A stretch of 64,000 nt of DNA from Octopus vulgaris (Eukaryota), in assembly GCA_951406725.2 (NCBI GenBank), contig OX597817.1, positions 94,612,001 through 94,676,000 of the forward strand, written 5' to 3'. Within the stretch, counting starts at the first letter, position 1, and each line of letters opens with the position of its first letter. This document shows positions 1 to 13,883 of this stretch, in pieces. Both the position numbers and the translations under genes were made by a program. The notes under the pieces were generated by a model. The model was given only the letters and a program-made list of their open reading frames with translations, was not told the origin of the DNA and made no database searches.

Positions 1-1093
1 TGTAGGTAGACACACGTATATATACATCAATATACGTACATAGCATAGATTAAGATGTGCACATATTCATGCGTAAAGCAAAATTACAGACGTCTATGCA
101 AATTATGACACACACACACACGTGTTAGTACATACGCGTATACATATAAGTTAATATATACACGCATATACATACACATACACATGCACACATATATATA
201 TATATAAAATATGTATGCATTTACACATATAAGCCTTCGTCCGCGTACATGTATACACAAATTCACACTAATATATACATACACCTACAAAAAATGCAAA
301 TGCGCACAGATGAATATGTAGACATATATATATAAATCTATATATATGTACATATACACGCGCGCACACACACACACACACATACACGTACACATATATG
401 CATATATTCACACATACACACACATACATATACATATATATATGTGCATACATATACAGATATATATATAATAATATGAATAATATATAAATATAAGCAT
501 ATGTACATACATATATGTACATACCTACATATATATGTATATATACATGCATATATGGGTACAGGACATAAAAAAACGTAGACACAATGAGAAACGATAA
601 CATAAAAAACAAAAATATAGAAAACGAAATTTTTTTCGAACAACGAAGAAACAGAGAACTGAGACTTGCAACATAAAGAAAATTCCCTTTATCAATTGTC
701 CCTTTTTCATCTACTCCGCTTTACGAAGGTAAGGACAATACGCGACTTAGTTGAAACAATCTTTCCCGCAAAGCAAATTACATAAAATTTGGGATTTTTT
801 TGCGGAGGATCAAAGTGGTAACAAAAACAGGACAGTGAGAACAAGACAGTAAAAACAAACGGTGAGGGCTATTAAGTCAAGACGATGTGAAAAATTATGA
901 ACGCTAGAAAGACGAGTTATGAGAAGAGAGAGGTAAAAACACGTCTTGTCTTTACGAAGGAAATGGAAGAAAGAAAGATACATATATGGATCTAGATTGC
1001 AAGATAATATGTCAAATACAAGTTATTCAAATATGGTTCCTCAAGTTCATGTGTATTAAGAGTTGTGGGCGCCATGTATATATCAAGTTATGT

Positions 1094-1157
<64 letters not shown>

Positions 1158-1446
1158 CCCGCAAGTGAGAGATTCTCCGTATATAAGACACTTATTAGTG
1201 CTAAAAAGATTCAAACTTTCACTCCGAAGTCTTTACAGGGGATCGATTCCACAGGGTAAAGAGTCGCTACAAGAGGGATGAAGTTGAGCGGATGTAGAGG
1301 CAATTATGCGGATAAGCAAATTAGCTATATTAAATTGAATATAATAGTTTGGGCATGAAACACAAAATATGTATATATGTATATATGAAAAACAAGAGGA
1401 AGCAAGACAGAGACTTTCGGACGATGAGTATTTAAGTACAACTATT

Positions 1447-1853
1447 ACTCTTTTATCTTTTACATGTTTCAGTCATTTGACTGTGGCCATGCTGGAGTAC
1501 CGCCTTTAGTTGAGCAAATCGACCCCAAGACTTATTCTTTGTAAGCCTAGTACTTATTCTATCGGTCTCTTTACCGAATCGCTAAGTTGCGGGGACCTAA
1601 ACACACCAACATCGGTTGTCAAGCGAATTTAGAGGACAAACACAGACACAAAAACATATACAGATATACATGCATATATATACATATATACGACGGGCTT
1701 CTTTCAGTTTCCGTCTACAAAATCCACTCACAAGGCTTTGGTCAGCCCGAGGCTATATTAGAAGACACTCGCCCAAAGTGCCACGCAGTGGGTTGAATCC
1801 GGAACCATGTCGTTTGTAAGCAAGCTACTTACCACACAGCCTCTTCTACGCCT
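1447..1853 (-). mobile_element. tRNA-derived SINE, family A (head GGCTGTGTGGTAAGTAGCTTGC, tail CCAGCATGGCC..CAGTCAAATGACTGAAAC)
   Basis: A-box/B-box-like head at ~1790-1850. The body and tail recur at 22405-22812, 41866-42288 and 63298-63510. Confidence 0.85.
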
Positions 1854-2029
1854 TCATGGCGTCCACAACTCTTAATACACATGAACTAGAGGAACCATAT
1901 TTGAATAACTTGTATTTGACATATTATCTTGCAATCTAGATCCATAATTATCTTTCTTTCTTCCACTTCCTTCGTAAAAGGAAGACGTGCTTTTACCTCT
2001 CTCTTCTCATAGGTCATCTTTCTAGCATT

Positions 2030-2842
2030 CATATCCAACTTACACAGATTACAAACGACAGAGAAATTTGAAGGTGTAGAAGAAAGGTGTTATAAGTTTA
2101 ACAGCTGTTTCTCAGTGCTTGGAAATTCATGATAATGTTACAGATGTAGTTCATCTCAATATGCGGTCGTAATGGATGCAATCAACATAGGATTAATGAG
2201 TCTATTAAGGGATGTGGTAGTAGAGGTGGAGAGTTGGGAGATGAATAGGATAGATAGTAATTGAACTGTAATCAGTTTTGTTTGGTTTGTGTATAGGTGT
2301 CGAAGTTTAGGTAAAATAGCTATAGAATTATTGGAAGTTCAGATAGTGAGAAAGGAAATGGCAAATTTTGGAGGGAATAAAAGTGTGTAATTCAGTGACA
2401 GAGGGCAATTACTAAAGCATGTAGAAAAGTATGAGAGAAGATAGAGGGAGGTAGACAAAATGGGGGTGGGAGTTGGTGGTAAAGATAGCAGTGGCTAGTA
2501 CTGTAATGAATGTGGGTTGGTATTGGAGGTGGGTAGTAAGGTATGCAGAAGTGTATGAAATTGAATAGAGAGGGAGGAAGCAGTAGATAGGTTAGTATCT
2601 AATTGAGTGGGGTAGATTTAGGTGCTATCGTCTCTCGGGAGATAGCACCTAAATGTATGATCTCTACCCTGATGACGTAAGCTCGTCTTATCCTATGTTG
2701 ATTGCATCCATTATGCCCGCATATGGAGATGAACTACATTTATCAACATTATCATGGATCTTCAACCCCCTAGAACAAGCTGTTGGACTTATAACACCTT
2801 TCTTCTACCCCTTTAATTTTCTCTGTCGTTTGTAAGTTGGAT
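2030..2842. mobile_element. Old fold-back PLE pLTR-like insertion with degenerate long-stem-II hammerhead
   Basis: About 2030-2200 is a diverged reverse complement of about 2681-2842. Junction hairpin TTTAGGTGCTATC/GATAGCACCTAAA at ~2617-2653. CTGATGA at 2669-2675 and a GAAACAGCTGTT-like motif at 2773-2784 (+) and ~2099-2111 (-). Confidence 0.65.
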
Positions 2843-2973
2843 CTATTAATATGAATATCATCGACTGAAAGTCTTCGTCTTTTGCTTTCTCTCGTTTTTC
2901 GTGTATACATATACACATATTTCACGCTTCATTCCCAAACTATTATATTCAATTTGACATACAATGACATACA

Positions 2974-2975
<2 letters not shown>

Positions 2976-3045
<70 letters not shown>
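2976..3045. repeat. (TG)n microsatellite
   Basis: Seen directly. Confidence 0.95.
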
Positions 3046-3048
<3 letters not shown>

Positions 3049-5244
3049 ATGTGTGTGTGCATAAATATGCATACATATTTGTGTGTTGGTGTGTAGGTGT
3101 GTTTAAACGTATTACGTCCATAAAAAGTTAGCCCCGGATGAATATTGCAGTTAATGTACCATTTTGCGATGTAGTTACATTAAGTATAATACACAGATGT
3201 ATATTTTAATCTAATATTACTTCTGTAGCACCCAACAGACTTTTATTCAGCCGGGTGACTTATTGCAACACTAATGATTTTTGAATCAGCTTTCCTATAT
3301 CAGCGACGACAAATTTTGGCTAGGCATACAGTTGCCAGTGGGTATAAGCTACAAGCAAAACCCAACGAGGCAGATATACTCATCTAGCATCTTCGCCACC
3401 ACTACTAGACGATTTTATACTTCTGTTTTAAACTCAGTACGCTCATGAGAGATATTTTCGCGATGTATCTGCATTAAATAAGACATACAGATGTGCGTGT
3501 TTGTGTGTGTGTGTAGGAATAACTAACAGGACCTCTTTGTGCACCTGTAGCCTTTAACATTTTAAATATTTTTCATATTGAATTTCGCTTGATTGCATTG
3601 AGCTCTTTTAATAGTGTGTGGTCAATCTTCTTCATAGAGAAGTATTAACTAAAATTGTTTGTAGTGTGAGCATGTGTATAATACGTGTGAGTGTGTGTGT
3701 GAGCGAGTGTGCGTGCGCTAATGTGTGTGTGTGAGTATATGTGTATGCGTGTGTTGATGGATGGATTAACGGATGGATGAACGAATGGATATATGTATGT
3801 ATATAAGATTATGTGTTTGCTTGCATATTTTTCAGTGATTAATATTGGCGAAAGATATAAAATTGGAAAGAAAACCGATAAACCGGTGTTTGAAAACGAT
3901 AGATCTTGAGGGATATTGATATTTGCTTTATACGAGTTACTGACATTCTTTGCCGCTCTACCCGCCAAAAATACATTCACTCTGTAATTCACTCGTTGGA
4001 TGCCGTGTTTATCATTGCTTCCACTGTATCTTTGCATTATAAAAAATAGAAGCATTAACATAACCACTACTACTAGCAGCAGCATCTCTAAACCAACACC
4101 ACCACCAACATGACCTACCCATACCGCAGTTAACACTGTCCCATATTTTATCACAGTAGTTAAGAAGGTAAAAGCACAAAGCATCCATTTTGTTTACTTT
4201 CATAATTAGGTTTCAGTGAAAACAACTTGGTGGTGGTGGTCTTTGTTTTTTGCTATTTCATCTTTGCAATATAGCTGCCTCAATAGAATATTAAGAGTTG
4301 TGTAGTTTGTCATTAACACTTCTTGTAACGTGGTGATTCTGTCTCAAATATTTTTGTGTAAAGCCTCATAGAAACCTCTAATGTTTAATCGATAACACAC
4401 TAAACAACAGAAAAAGAAAAGATCTGTGGCGGAGCATTTAGATTTTGTTCTTGCTGTTGTTACTATTAATGAATAAAAACCACAGTGTATGAGGGATGGT
4501 GTGTCAGTGTGTATGTTCATGTGAGTGTGTGTGTGTGTGTATGTGTGTGTAAATGTGTGTGCGTGTATGTGTGTGTGTGTGTTTATTTACATGTGTGATG
4601 TTAAATAATGATGATACACATCGTGGTGCTTGTGTTGCAAAGGCCACATATTTGGGTTACTACTTCAAACATCAGTTTGAAATTTATAGAAAAGCAAACA
4701 TCAGTAATTTATTGTCTATAATCCCTCCACTTTAACTTTCACAAACTTTCTTAATATGCAACACCAGCTGCAGCATCAGAAGCAGCAGAGCCAGCTGTCG
4801 TGTCTTTGTAAGGATTTTTGTTTCTTTATTCGTCTGTCAATGGTTTCAGTTTTTCCAGTGAAAAAAACTTACCGGCTTTGACATCGAAAATGGGAACAGT
4901 CCATTATTTGAAGGAATTTAAAGGATCATAGAACAACCTTTTCTAATTGGATATAAATATCAATAGTAGAGGATTTATTTGACTATATCTTTAAATAATT
5001 AAAAACTGGGAGAGAGAGAGAGGGGGAGGACATTCAGCGTTTTATCATTTATTTCACATTTTTTGTTACTGCTGACCAACGTTTTTTCGTTTATTGTCAA
5101 TCTTTTCCAATCTGGGTAGTGGTAAGATGCTTGGTGAAAATAGGGTGGCGATGTGAACACTCTTTTTATAACCCATTCCCCACTAAGAATTAGTTGCCCC
5201 AAATATCAAACATAATGAACAGAAACACTACAAATAATGACTTC

Positions 5245-5860
5245 AAATTTTGGCACAAAGCCTGTAGTTTTGAGGTGGGAGCTGAAGTCGATTACATCGA
5301 CCCCAGTGTTCAACTGGTACTTATTTCATCAACCCTGAAAGGATAAAAGACAAAGTCGACTCCGGTGGCATTCGAATTCAGAACATAACGACGGACGAAG
5401 TACCGCTAAGTATTTTACCCGACGTCCCAACAATTCTGCGAGCTCGCCGCCTTACACTATACAAATAATCCTTTCTACTAAAGGTAGCAGGCCTAAAATT
5501 TGGCGGGAAGGGACTAATTGATTATATCGACCCCAGTGTTTCACTGGTACTTATTTTATCGACTCCGAAAGGATGAAAAGCGAAGTTGACCTCGGCGGTT
5601 TTTGAACTCGTAACATAGCAACAGGCGAAATATCTATTTCTTTAGTACCCACAAGGGGCTAAACACAGAGAGGACAAACAAGGACAGACAAACGGATTAA
5701 GTCGATTATATCAACCCCAGTGCGTAACTGGTACTTATTTAATCGGCCCCGAAAGGATGAAAGGTATAGTCGACCTCGGTGGAATTTGATCTCAGAACGT
5801 AGCGATGGGCGAAATACCGCTAGGCACTTCGTCCAGCGTGCTAACGATTCTGCCAGCTAT
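5245..5860 (-). mobile_element. Three adjacent copies of tRNA-derived SINE family B (core CGACCCCAGT..ACTGGTACTTATTT..CCGAAAGGATGAAAGGCAAAGTCGACC)
   Basis: The core repeats at ~5290, ~5520 and ~5700. Each copy has a B-box-like GTTC(A/G)AA segment on the minus strand. Confidence 0.8.
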
Positions 5861-5981
5861 ATAATGAACTCTATTATCTATCGACCCAACTTACAGATTA
5901 TTCATATTTCAAAAGTAATTGAGAACACCAATTAACGATATTCCCCCAAACCTTTATTTTTATCTTCTCTCTCTCTCTCTT

Positions 5982-6013
<32 letters not shown>

Positions 6014-6499
6014 CCCTTGAATGAATGAATGAATGAATGAATGAATTGAATGAATGACCACCGTATCTACTAGATATCTATTCTGCTTCGGCTACACCTA
6101 TTGGCTCACTAGAATTCTCTTCTTTTTTTTTCTTCATCAAAACGTTCTGGAAGATTAGCTGTTGTCTTTCGTCAGTGGAGAATTTGTCTACATACGGGAT
6201 TCCCCGGTGTACGGACACTTTGCGACATCGCGGTATATCAACTTTATTGTATGTATCCTCAGTCAAATCAAATCCCATCAGACCGATGAATTCTAACAAG
6301 AGACTGAAATTAGCAAACAAATTAGTCTATTGCTCGTCGTCAGTTCAGGGTAGCCAGTAAAAATTAATTATTATTACCAGTGACCCAGCACAAAAGACGA
6401 ATTAGTCATGAGTTTATCCCCTTTCTGTGTATCTAGCACTCGCTTCTTTATTTGGAAGCCTTTTAATGTATTTATATATAAATAACGTATAGTCTTTCA

Positions 6500-6600
6500 G
6501 GCGCAGGAGTGGCTGTGTGGTATGTAGCTTGTTTACCAACCACATGGTTCCGGGTTCAGTCCCACTGCGTGGCACCTTGGGCAAGTGTCTTCTACTATAA
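6500..6600 (+). mobile_element. SINE family A, 5' head fragment
   Basis: GGCGCAGGAGTGGCTGTGTGG...GGTTCAGTCCCACTGCGTGGCACCTTGGGCAAG. Confidence 0.8.
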
Positions 6601-7217
6601 ACATTATGTGCCTGGATAGATAGATAGAAACACATACATAGATATATGTAAATGTGTGTTAATAAAGCCACTCACGTATACACAAGTGCGTACATGCTTT
6701 GGCACACACGTACGAATACAAATACACATTCAACACATATATGTGAACAGTAATATATACATATATATATATATACATACACATACACACGCATTCGCAT
6801 ACACACATTCACGCATACATTCTTGGTAGTTTTACTGATGTCGCTACCAGACAGTGTCACTAAGTTGGAAGAAAGGTGCAAAGTTAAAAGGCCTTAAATA
6901 CGAGATGTGTGCGAGATTTCAAAGATTTAAAGATAAAATGAAAATGGTGTTATTATACGAGTTCGTTATACGAGATATAGTCTTTCAATATCACTGCTTT
7001 TATGAAAGTTTTGCGGATTTTAAATGCCTATGAAACAGATTTGCTCTATAGACAAGAAAAGGATCCTAAATGTAGATATCAATAATATTAGCACATATTC
7101 CTTGTGGGATATTGTCTTACTAAAAGAGGGAAACTGATTGACATATCTCTTTTAGTTTGGCATAATATTCTTTGGTTACACTTTGTTCACACACTTTTGT
7201 ATGATATAAGACCTGCG

Positions 7218-7350
7218 TCCGCCGAGGTCGACTTTGCCTTTCAACCTTTCAGGATCGATAAATTAAGTACCAGTTGCGTACTGGGGTCGATCTAATTGAC
7301 TGGCCTCTTCCCCCAAAATTCGGGCCTTTTGCCTGGAGTAGAAAAGAATA
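7218..7350 (+). mobile_element. SINE family B, 3' fragment
   Basis: Reverse complement of the core at 5290-5360. Confidence 0.75.
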
Positions 7351-9404
7351 TTGCAAATGTTTCTCGTTTTCATCTTTAGATTTATACTAGATCTTAACAT
7401 CTAGTATATTGTCCACAAAGAAATAACGGAGTACATTAGTGCTTCAAACTGTTGTAGAGGCTAAATTTTTGTGAAAGAAATGGCGATGGATCTAATGCCC
7501 TTTGAAATATTCATAAAATTAAAGACAAACATGCCACTTTGTGTTGCAAGTTTTAGGATTGTTGATCCTTTGTGATCCTTTGTGATCCTTTCAAAGCACA
7601 AGTATTTTGGCGACAGCAATGTCTGCAGCAACCATTGGTGGTAAATCGAATAGAATTCCCTTTCATTTCAGTGGTGTTTTCTTACTTCAGACATTTCTGT
7701 TTTATTTATCAAAAGTTGTTCGGCACATCCCTACATTCTCCTTCTTTCCACCGACCTGTTCATTGGTTACTGTATTATCAGAGTTGCAATGACCTTGGTG
7801 GAATTATTTAAGACAGATTGTATAACGTTAGGCAAGCAATGAGCTATTGTTTTCTTCCAAGTCAATGCTTTCTTTCTTGCTTACAAAATGTTTTCATTCC
7901 ATGGTAACCCAATTAGATATGCTGGTGTGACCTTCCACAATTCTTTGAAAATATATATATGAGTGACTTTCTATAGAACATCAAAAAAAAAAAATCTTGT
8001 ATAAGTATCCAATTATTTTGGCTTATTCCCGGAACCTTCCTATTCTGAAATTTTCCACAGTACTAATAAAAGTTTTAATATTGACGTTAGTGTAGTAATC
8101 ATTCTTTCTTGGTGGTATCCATTCTTATTTAAATCCCTTTTACTTCTAGATTTTACACCAAAAGATCTAGCAAGAGGCATTTTTTTCGGATTCTGTTTTT
8201 CTTCATCATACTTGTGGTTTAGAAGTATGGTTAATGCTGGCTCATTATAATATAATTTTTATTTTAACGGAGGCTTTCATTTGGCGTCCTGTGTTCGTGT
8301 ATGAAGTAAATTTAAGTTTTGATGTAAACACCAAAACCAAGTAAATTAAAACAATTTAAATTAAATAGCTCGCAGATTTTATAGTACTGTTGGTATGGTA
8401 GTATTGTTCATGTTGTTATTGTCAATGTCAACCATGATTATATGTGAGAAGTCCTACGTGAAGAAAAGTATTTTATTTAAGTAATCCTGTCTGGACATAG
8501 TTAAGCTGTTGAATTTATTTTCATTAATTGCAATAGGGAGGGGGAAATCAGTTTTTGATTTAGGCTGAGTTAGTTCGCCTAATTATAGATGAACCTTTAC
8601 ACCTGCACGTCTGTTGTGGACGGTGCCATGTATGCATGTATGTATGTGTGTATGCATGTGTGTATGTATGTGAGTATGCATGCATCTGAGGTTGTATTAT
8701 GTATATGTATGTATGTATACACGTATGTATATCTATATATGTGTGCAAATTTAAATCTGTATGTATATGCATATATGGATGCATGTATGCATACATGCAA
8801 GAACGTGCGTATATATATATGTATATATATATATGTATGTATGTATGTATGTAAGTATGTATGTATGTATGTATTATGTATGTATGTACGTGTATGTATG
8901 CATGTATGTATTATGTATTTTTTAGGTTATATAAGGTTTTCTAAAGAGAGTTCAAGCCGGTTACTTAGAAAGCAATAAGACTTTTTGAGTTAAGAGAATT
9001 CCAAATGCTTGTATATATGTGCTTCAGTCAGTGTGTCGGTGTGTCCACGGAGAATCCTTGGAATATCTTACAAATTTTCACTGTGCTGCTAATAAAATGG
9101 ATTTCGAGAATCCACGTTGGTTTATTTTGCTCTTTCTTTGAAAAGCCTAGTATTTCTAGGTGTTTGTGTACATTTGCAGGTACTAATGACTTGTAGAGAC
9201 ACGGTATTTCATTATACAACCATAATGTACTTTGATCTCATTGTTTGTTTACATCTGGCGCCTCAGATACGAAATGTAGCAAAAATCAGTGATGTCTATA
9301 ATTTCTATGGAAAATTTGTAGAGATGTCCTTAATATGTGATTTGTAGGTACATCGAATAATGTATCTATGACGTTATGTACAAATGGGAATTTATAGTCA
9401 GGGC

Positions 9405-9572
9405 ATGTATGTATGTATGTATGTATGTATGTATGTATGTATGTATGTATGTATGTATGTATGTATGTATGTATGTATGTATGTATGTACGTATGTATGT
9501 ATGTATGTATGTGTGTATGCGTGCGTGTGTATGTATGTATGTATGTATGTATGTATGTATGTATGTATGTAT
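9405..9572. repeat. (TATG)n microsatellite
   Basis: Seen directly. Confidence 0.95.
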
Positions 9573-9929
9573 GTGTGTGTGTATGTTCTCTTTCTCTTTT
9601 TAATTTTAGAGTATATCTTGACTGGCTACCTACTTGATAGCAAAGTTATGAAGAAAACTATCTTGTTTTAACGTCATTCTTTAAGTATGCAAAGTTTTAT
9701 AGTCCCAGACATCGTGATCATTTGTAGTATGTATGTATGTATGTATGTATGTATGTATGTATGTATGTATGTATGTATGTATGTATACAAATTCCGAGTG
9801 TGAGAGACATGAGTTTACTGTGAGATGTAATCAGTTAAGATTTACAATGTTCTGTTAAACAGGCGGCTGTTGTTGTTGTTGTTGTTGTTGTTGTTAACAA
9901 AATATGCGCTGGAAGAGGTGGTGGAAAAA

Positions 9930-11215
9930 AGAAAGACAAAGCCTGACCGTCGTGCCTTGCCCCGATTCGTGGTTAAGCAAGTTGGAACGACTCCTTTTCC
10001 GCTTTTTGTGGAGGGGAGGAAAGCTACTTGTGAGACGTATGTTGCCAGGAACCGCTAAAGGGTGGGCTGGGGATGCCTTGGCTAATGATGCACAGGCATG
10101 CGTTGAAGCTGAGACATCTCTGGTGTCACTGGAGGGTGATAAGGTGTGGAATCCGCTGGCAGAGGAATTCTTCCCGCGACCGGCCTCTATGGAGAGATTT
10201 AAACCCAGTTTCATTAAAAGACGTAACCTGACTTTATGGCAGAAGGAGTGCCGACAGGCACTCTGACTGATCCACAATGTGGGCAAGGCCGGCAGCGGGA
10301 ATACCACCTCGGTGTTCTATAGAGGGCTGGTAGAGGCAAAAAATGACGATGTCCTAGGAGAGGCTCTGGGGTTCGATGAGAATCAACTCTCCAACCTGTT
10401 TAAGAAGACTTTCAGGCCGGGGTATTTGGACAATTACCAAAAATCCCTGACCTGGCAGTGCTATAGGAATGCATTACCTGTTCGCGAGAAGTTATCCAGG
10501 CACGGAATGTCAGTGCCACCGACGTGTCCAAGATGTGGGTCGGACGATGAAACCGTTCAACACGCTTTTGTACAATGTCGGGAGCTGTCAAGGTTGATAA
10601 GTTACGTTGAACACGTTGTCGCATCTGGGACGAGTACAGCTGTCGGCTGGATTTATGATAAAGATGATACCACCAACTGGACTCTCAAAGGAAGGTAAGG
10701 CTTGTTTTTACTGGACGGTGGCAGTACTGAAAGAGTGTGTGTGGAGAACCAGAATGGAAGGTTTAGTGACAGGGTCCTTTTTCTCTGGCCTCGGTTTGTT
10801 AAAATACTTCAGATATCATCTGAAGAGCAAGGTGGGGTTGGAGAAGGGGAGCCTGCCACAGAAAGAGTATGTGAAACGTTGGAAGGATGTGATGAGAAAG
10901 GTGGGTGTTAGTAACCCAGCTTAATCATCGAAGAAAGGAAAAATTAGTTGCTGGGCCTTATAGGCTGCCGGGTTCAAAATTCGAAATCGGCACTTCCCCC
11001 TTTTCATTTTAACATATGTTATAATTTCTAATGTTAATTTTTAAAAAAAAAAGCGCACTAAAGTTCTCGTTATAAAGGCAAAAGTAAGCCAAGTTTTCGT
11101 TTATGTTACATTATAACTAGATTTTAAGTTTCATTCGAACTCTCATAACATTCTTTGTAATTGTTTGTCTTGTTATGCCCAATTCTATGTAAAATCGCAT
11201 GATTTTAATAAAGAT
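9930..11215 (+). mobile_element. Tx1/L1-clade LINE, 3' part (post-RT region, zinc finger, 3' UTR), frameshifted
   Basis: ORF pieces LERLLFRFLWRGGKLLVRR and WQCYRNALPVREKL...CPRCGSDDETVQHAFVQC (zf-RVT-type CxxC..H..C). AATAAA at ~11207. Confidence 0.85.
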
Positions 11216-11494
11216 TTCATCTTCAGCTAGCAGGCCTCTGCTACTCTAGACTGGTGATGGGCAAGACCCAGAAACATGCATGTCTCTAGATGCAGGCCTA
11301 GCTGTTGGGGTGTTTGTCTCCCCTTAGTAAATACATAAGGGCACGGGAAATGTGTCAAGGCCGACAGGAAGCGTCGATGCTTCCTAGGGCTAAACAGCGG
11401 TGCTGTAATCACCTTACAGGACTGTCACGTTAAGTTGACAGTATACAACCACTCTATCGCTCCACCACCGTACATATCTCTATGAGATATTGAG

Positions 11495-11543
<49 letters not shown>

Positions 11544-12857
11544 TCTCACAATTCCTACGACCCTTAATAGAGTTATCCACAGATGTATGAGATAGTATTG
11601 AAGAACTCGTTAGGAGGATCCGTGAATGCAACAACACATGTGACCACATCGTAGGTAGCATGGATGTGGTATCACTATATCCTTCCATTGATGTAGACTT
11701 TGCTATCGAAACATGTATAGTGTTAATTTGTGAGAGTAATATGATATTTAAAAATGTGGCGGTATATGAACTAGGTCTCTTCCTGACTCCGACTTGTACC
11801 GGCGAATATCTGTCACGCAATAACATGGTATATGCTTTTAACAAACGAGTTAGACCACCTACCATTATCTCAGCATACAAGAAGACTCACTGTGAAAGCT
11901 ATCATGGCTTCAGATATACACGACATCAGAACTACTGTCGCACACGTTATTGGAGTCTGCCTTAGAACTACTCTTAAAACTCATATTTTTAAGTTTAACA
12001 ATAAACTATATAAACAGATGAAAGGCGGTGCTATTAATGTAGGGATCGCCGGTAATGTTGCTAACCTCTTCATGGTATGGTGGGACAGACATTTTAAACA
12101 GTACCTCGCGGCCCGTAATATCCACTTAGCTATGTATCCTCGATACATTGACGACATTAACCTTGTCGTGAAAAGTAGTAGTAATACACATATAAACACT
12201 CTACTAAATGAAGAACAGGTGATGACAACTATACAACATGTAGCTGATTCTATCCATAGCAGTATAAATGTTACAGTAGACTACCTTTCTAAACACCCCA
12301 GAAATAGATTACCTGTCCTAGATACTGAGCTGTGGATAGAAAATACTATGATTAACGGAGCTGTTAAACCCTGTTTACTCCACTCACACTATTGTAAACC
12401 TATGGCTAATCCCTGGTAAGCCGTAGTGACTCGGCGATGTCAAGTACTACCAAAATCAACATCCTCGTGGCAGACTTAGAGTAATGAGGAATGTATCCCC
12501 ACTATGCCAGCCACAAGAACGGCAACAACATATCCAGCACTACAAATTCCGAATGCAACGTTCCGGATACACACAGTACGATTAATCAGAGTGTACAAAG
12601 GAGCGAAAACAAGATTCGAACGAAAACGGCATATACCACAACAAGTTCTGGAATAGGCTGGAGAGGGATACCAACAAAAGAAATAAAAATGATACTTGGT
12701 ATGATAACAAGAAGTTTCGCAGTGTAATATTTGTTGACGCTACACTTAGGAACGAATTAAGTAGGGCATACAGTTCTATATTTAAGAGATAGGAATTATG
12801 GACATTATTTACATTATTTACATTTGACAGATATTTGACCCCATCTTGTTTGTAGTT

Positions 12858-12903
12858 AACACAACGTTTCAGCTGATATACCCTCCAGCCTTCATTAGGT
12901 ATC
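12858..12903 (-). ncRNA. Hammerhead ribozyme motif (degenerate core CUAAUGA)
   Basis: GAUAC-CUAAUGA-A-GGCUG(loop)CAGCU-GAAA-CG-UU-GUGUU. Confidence 0.7.
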
Positions 12904-12989
12904 CTGGGAAAATTTCGAACCTGGGTTCTCATTCCTAAAGTATTTTTCGATATTGTTGTTGTTGTTATTATTATTATTATTATTATTCA

Positions 12990-13062
12990 GGTCACTGCCT
13001 GGAATCGAACTGGGAATCTTGGGGTTAGTAGCCCGCGCTCTTAACCACTACGCCATATGACC
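12990..13062 (-). pseudogene. tRNA-like sequence (anticodon loop CU-ACU-AA) inside the PLE 3' region
   Basis: GGTCATATGGCGTAGTGGTTAAGAGC...GTTCGATTCCAGGCAGTGACC, 73 nt. Acceptor stem pairs 6/7, A and B boxes present, anticodon and T stems imperfect. Confidence 0.7.
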
Positions 13063-13081
13063 GTGGAGTGAATTTTAGGGC

Positions 13082-13426
13082 TTATAAATCTAATATTCTC
13101 CTATCCTTCTTTAATATCGGTTCCCATATGCTGTTCATATCTGCACTCGGTCTGTTTAGGAGGTTGTTGTGTCCTAGCATATGTGCTGCTTCTTTTAGTT
13201 TTTGTATTTTCCAGTGGTGTTCTCTGTCTATTATTGTAACTTCATCCCACTGGGGGAGGTGGTCTTCATTTTTCCATACATGATCAGCTATACCCGATTT
13301 ATCAATATCTCCCCGTGTCATAGCTTTGTGATGTTCCTCTACCCTTATTTTGAAGGGGTGGCATGTTTCGCCTTTGTATAACCTACCACAGATGCATGGG
13401 ATGGAGTACACGCAGTTTTTGGTCAT
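13082..13426 (-). pseudogene. PLE GIY-YIG endonuclease domain
   Basis: CVYSIPCICGRLYKGET...IRVEEH...SGIADH...LKEA...LLNR, with CCHH and GIY-YIG motifs. Confidence 0.9.
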
Positions 13427-13837
13427 ATTCTCTTCTATTAGTGGTTTTACTCGGAGATATTTGCGAAGTGTTGTATTACTTTTGAATACTGTCCTGATGT
13501 CATATGGGCCGCATATCTTTTGTATCTTTTCGGAGAGGCCTTTCGCATAGGGTGGGACAGTTTATCGGTTTATACCTTTGGGGTAGTTGTTGTTTAATAG
13601 ATTGTTACTGAGCTTGATCATTTATTCGTGGTGGGTATCACGATCGCTACTTATATTAATTGTTCGATGCTTTAGGCACTGAGCAATCCCTCTCTTTACA
13701 CTGTATGGATGGTGGGAGTTGAAGATGAGCTATCGTCCAGTGAACGTCGGCTTGCGGTATACGGATGTTCTGAATCCATACATGGTGCATGTTATTAATA
13801 CGTTTGGAATGAGAACCCAGGTTCGAAATTTCCCTAA

Positions 13838-13883
13838 GACACCTGAAGAAGGCAAGAGGGTATATCAGCCGAAACATTGTGTT
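13838..13883 (+). ncRNA. Hammerhead ribozyme motif (inverted pLTR copy)
   Basis: GACAC-CUGAAGA-A-GGC(loop)GCC-GAAA-CA-UU-GUGUU. Confidence 0.75.

Noticed and set aside
560-1330. pLTR-like A-rich pieces beside (TA)n, with UUGAUAA on the minus strand near 690
   Set aside because: Probably PLE tails, but no consistent three-stem hammerhead fold was found.
3836-3909. Possible terminal exon after TTTTCAG (INIGERYKIGKKTDKPVFENDRS*)
   Set aside because: Short, no recognisable homology and no supporting partner exon.
6078-6320. 80-aa minus-strand ORF of normal composition, and CCGATGA on + at ~6283
   Set aside because: No recognisable domain, and the remaining hammerhead elements could not be assembled.
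7400-8340. Weak PLE-like peptides on the minus strand (LNKNGYH, Cys cluster)
   Set aside because: Too decayed to assign without a profile search.
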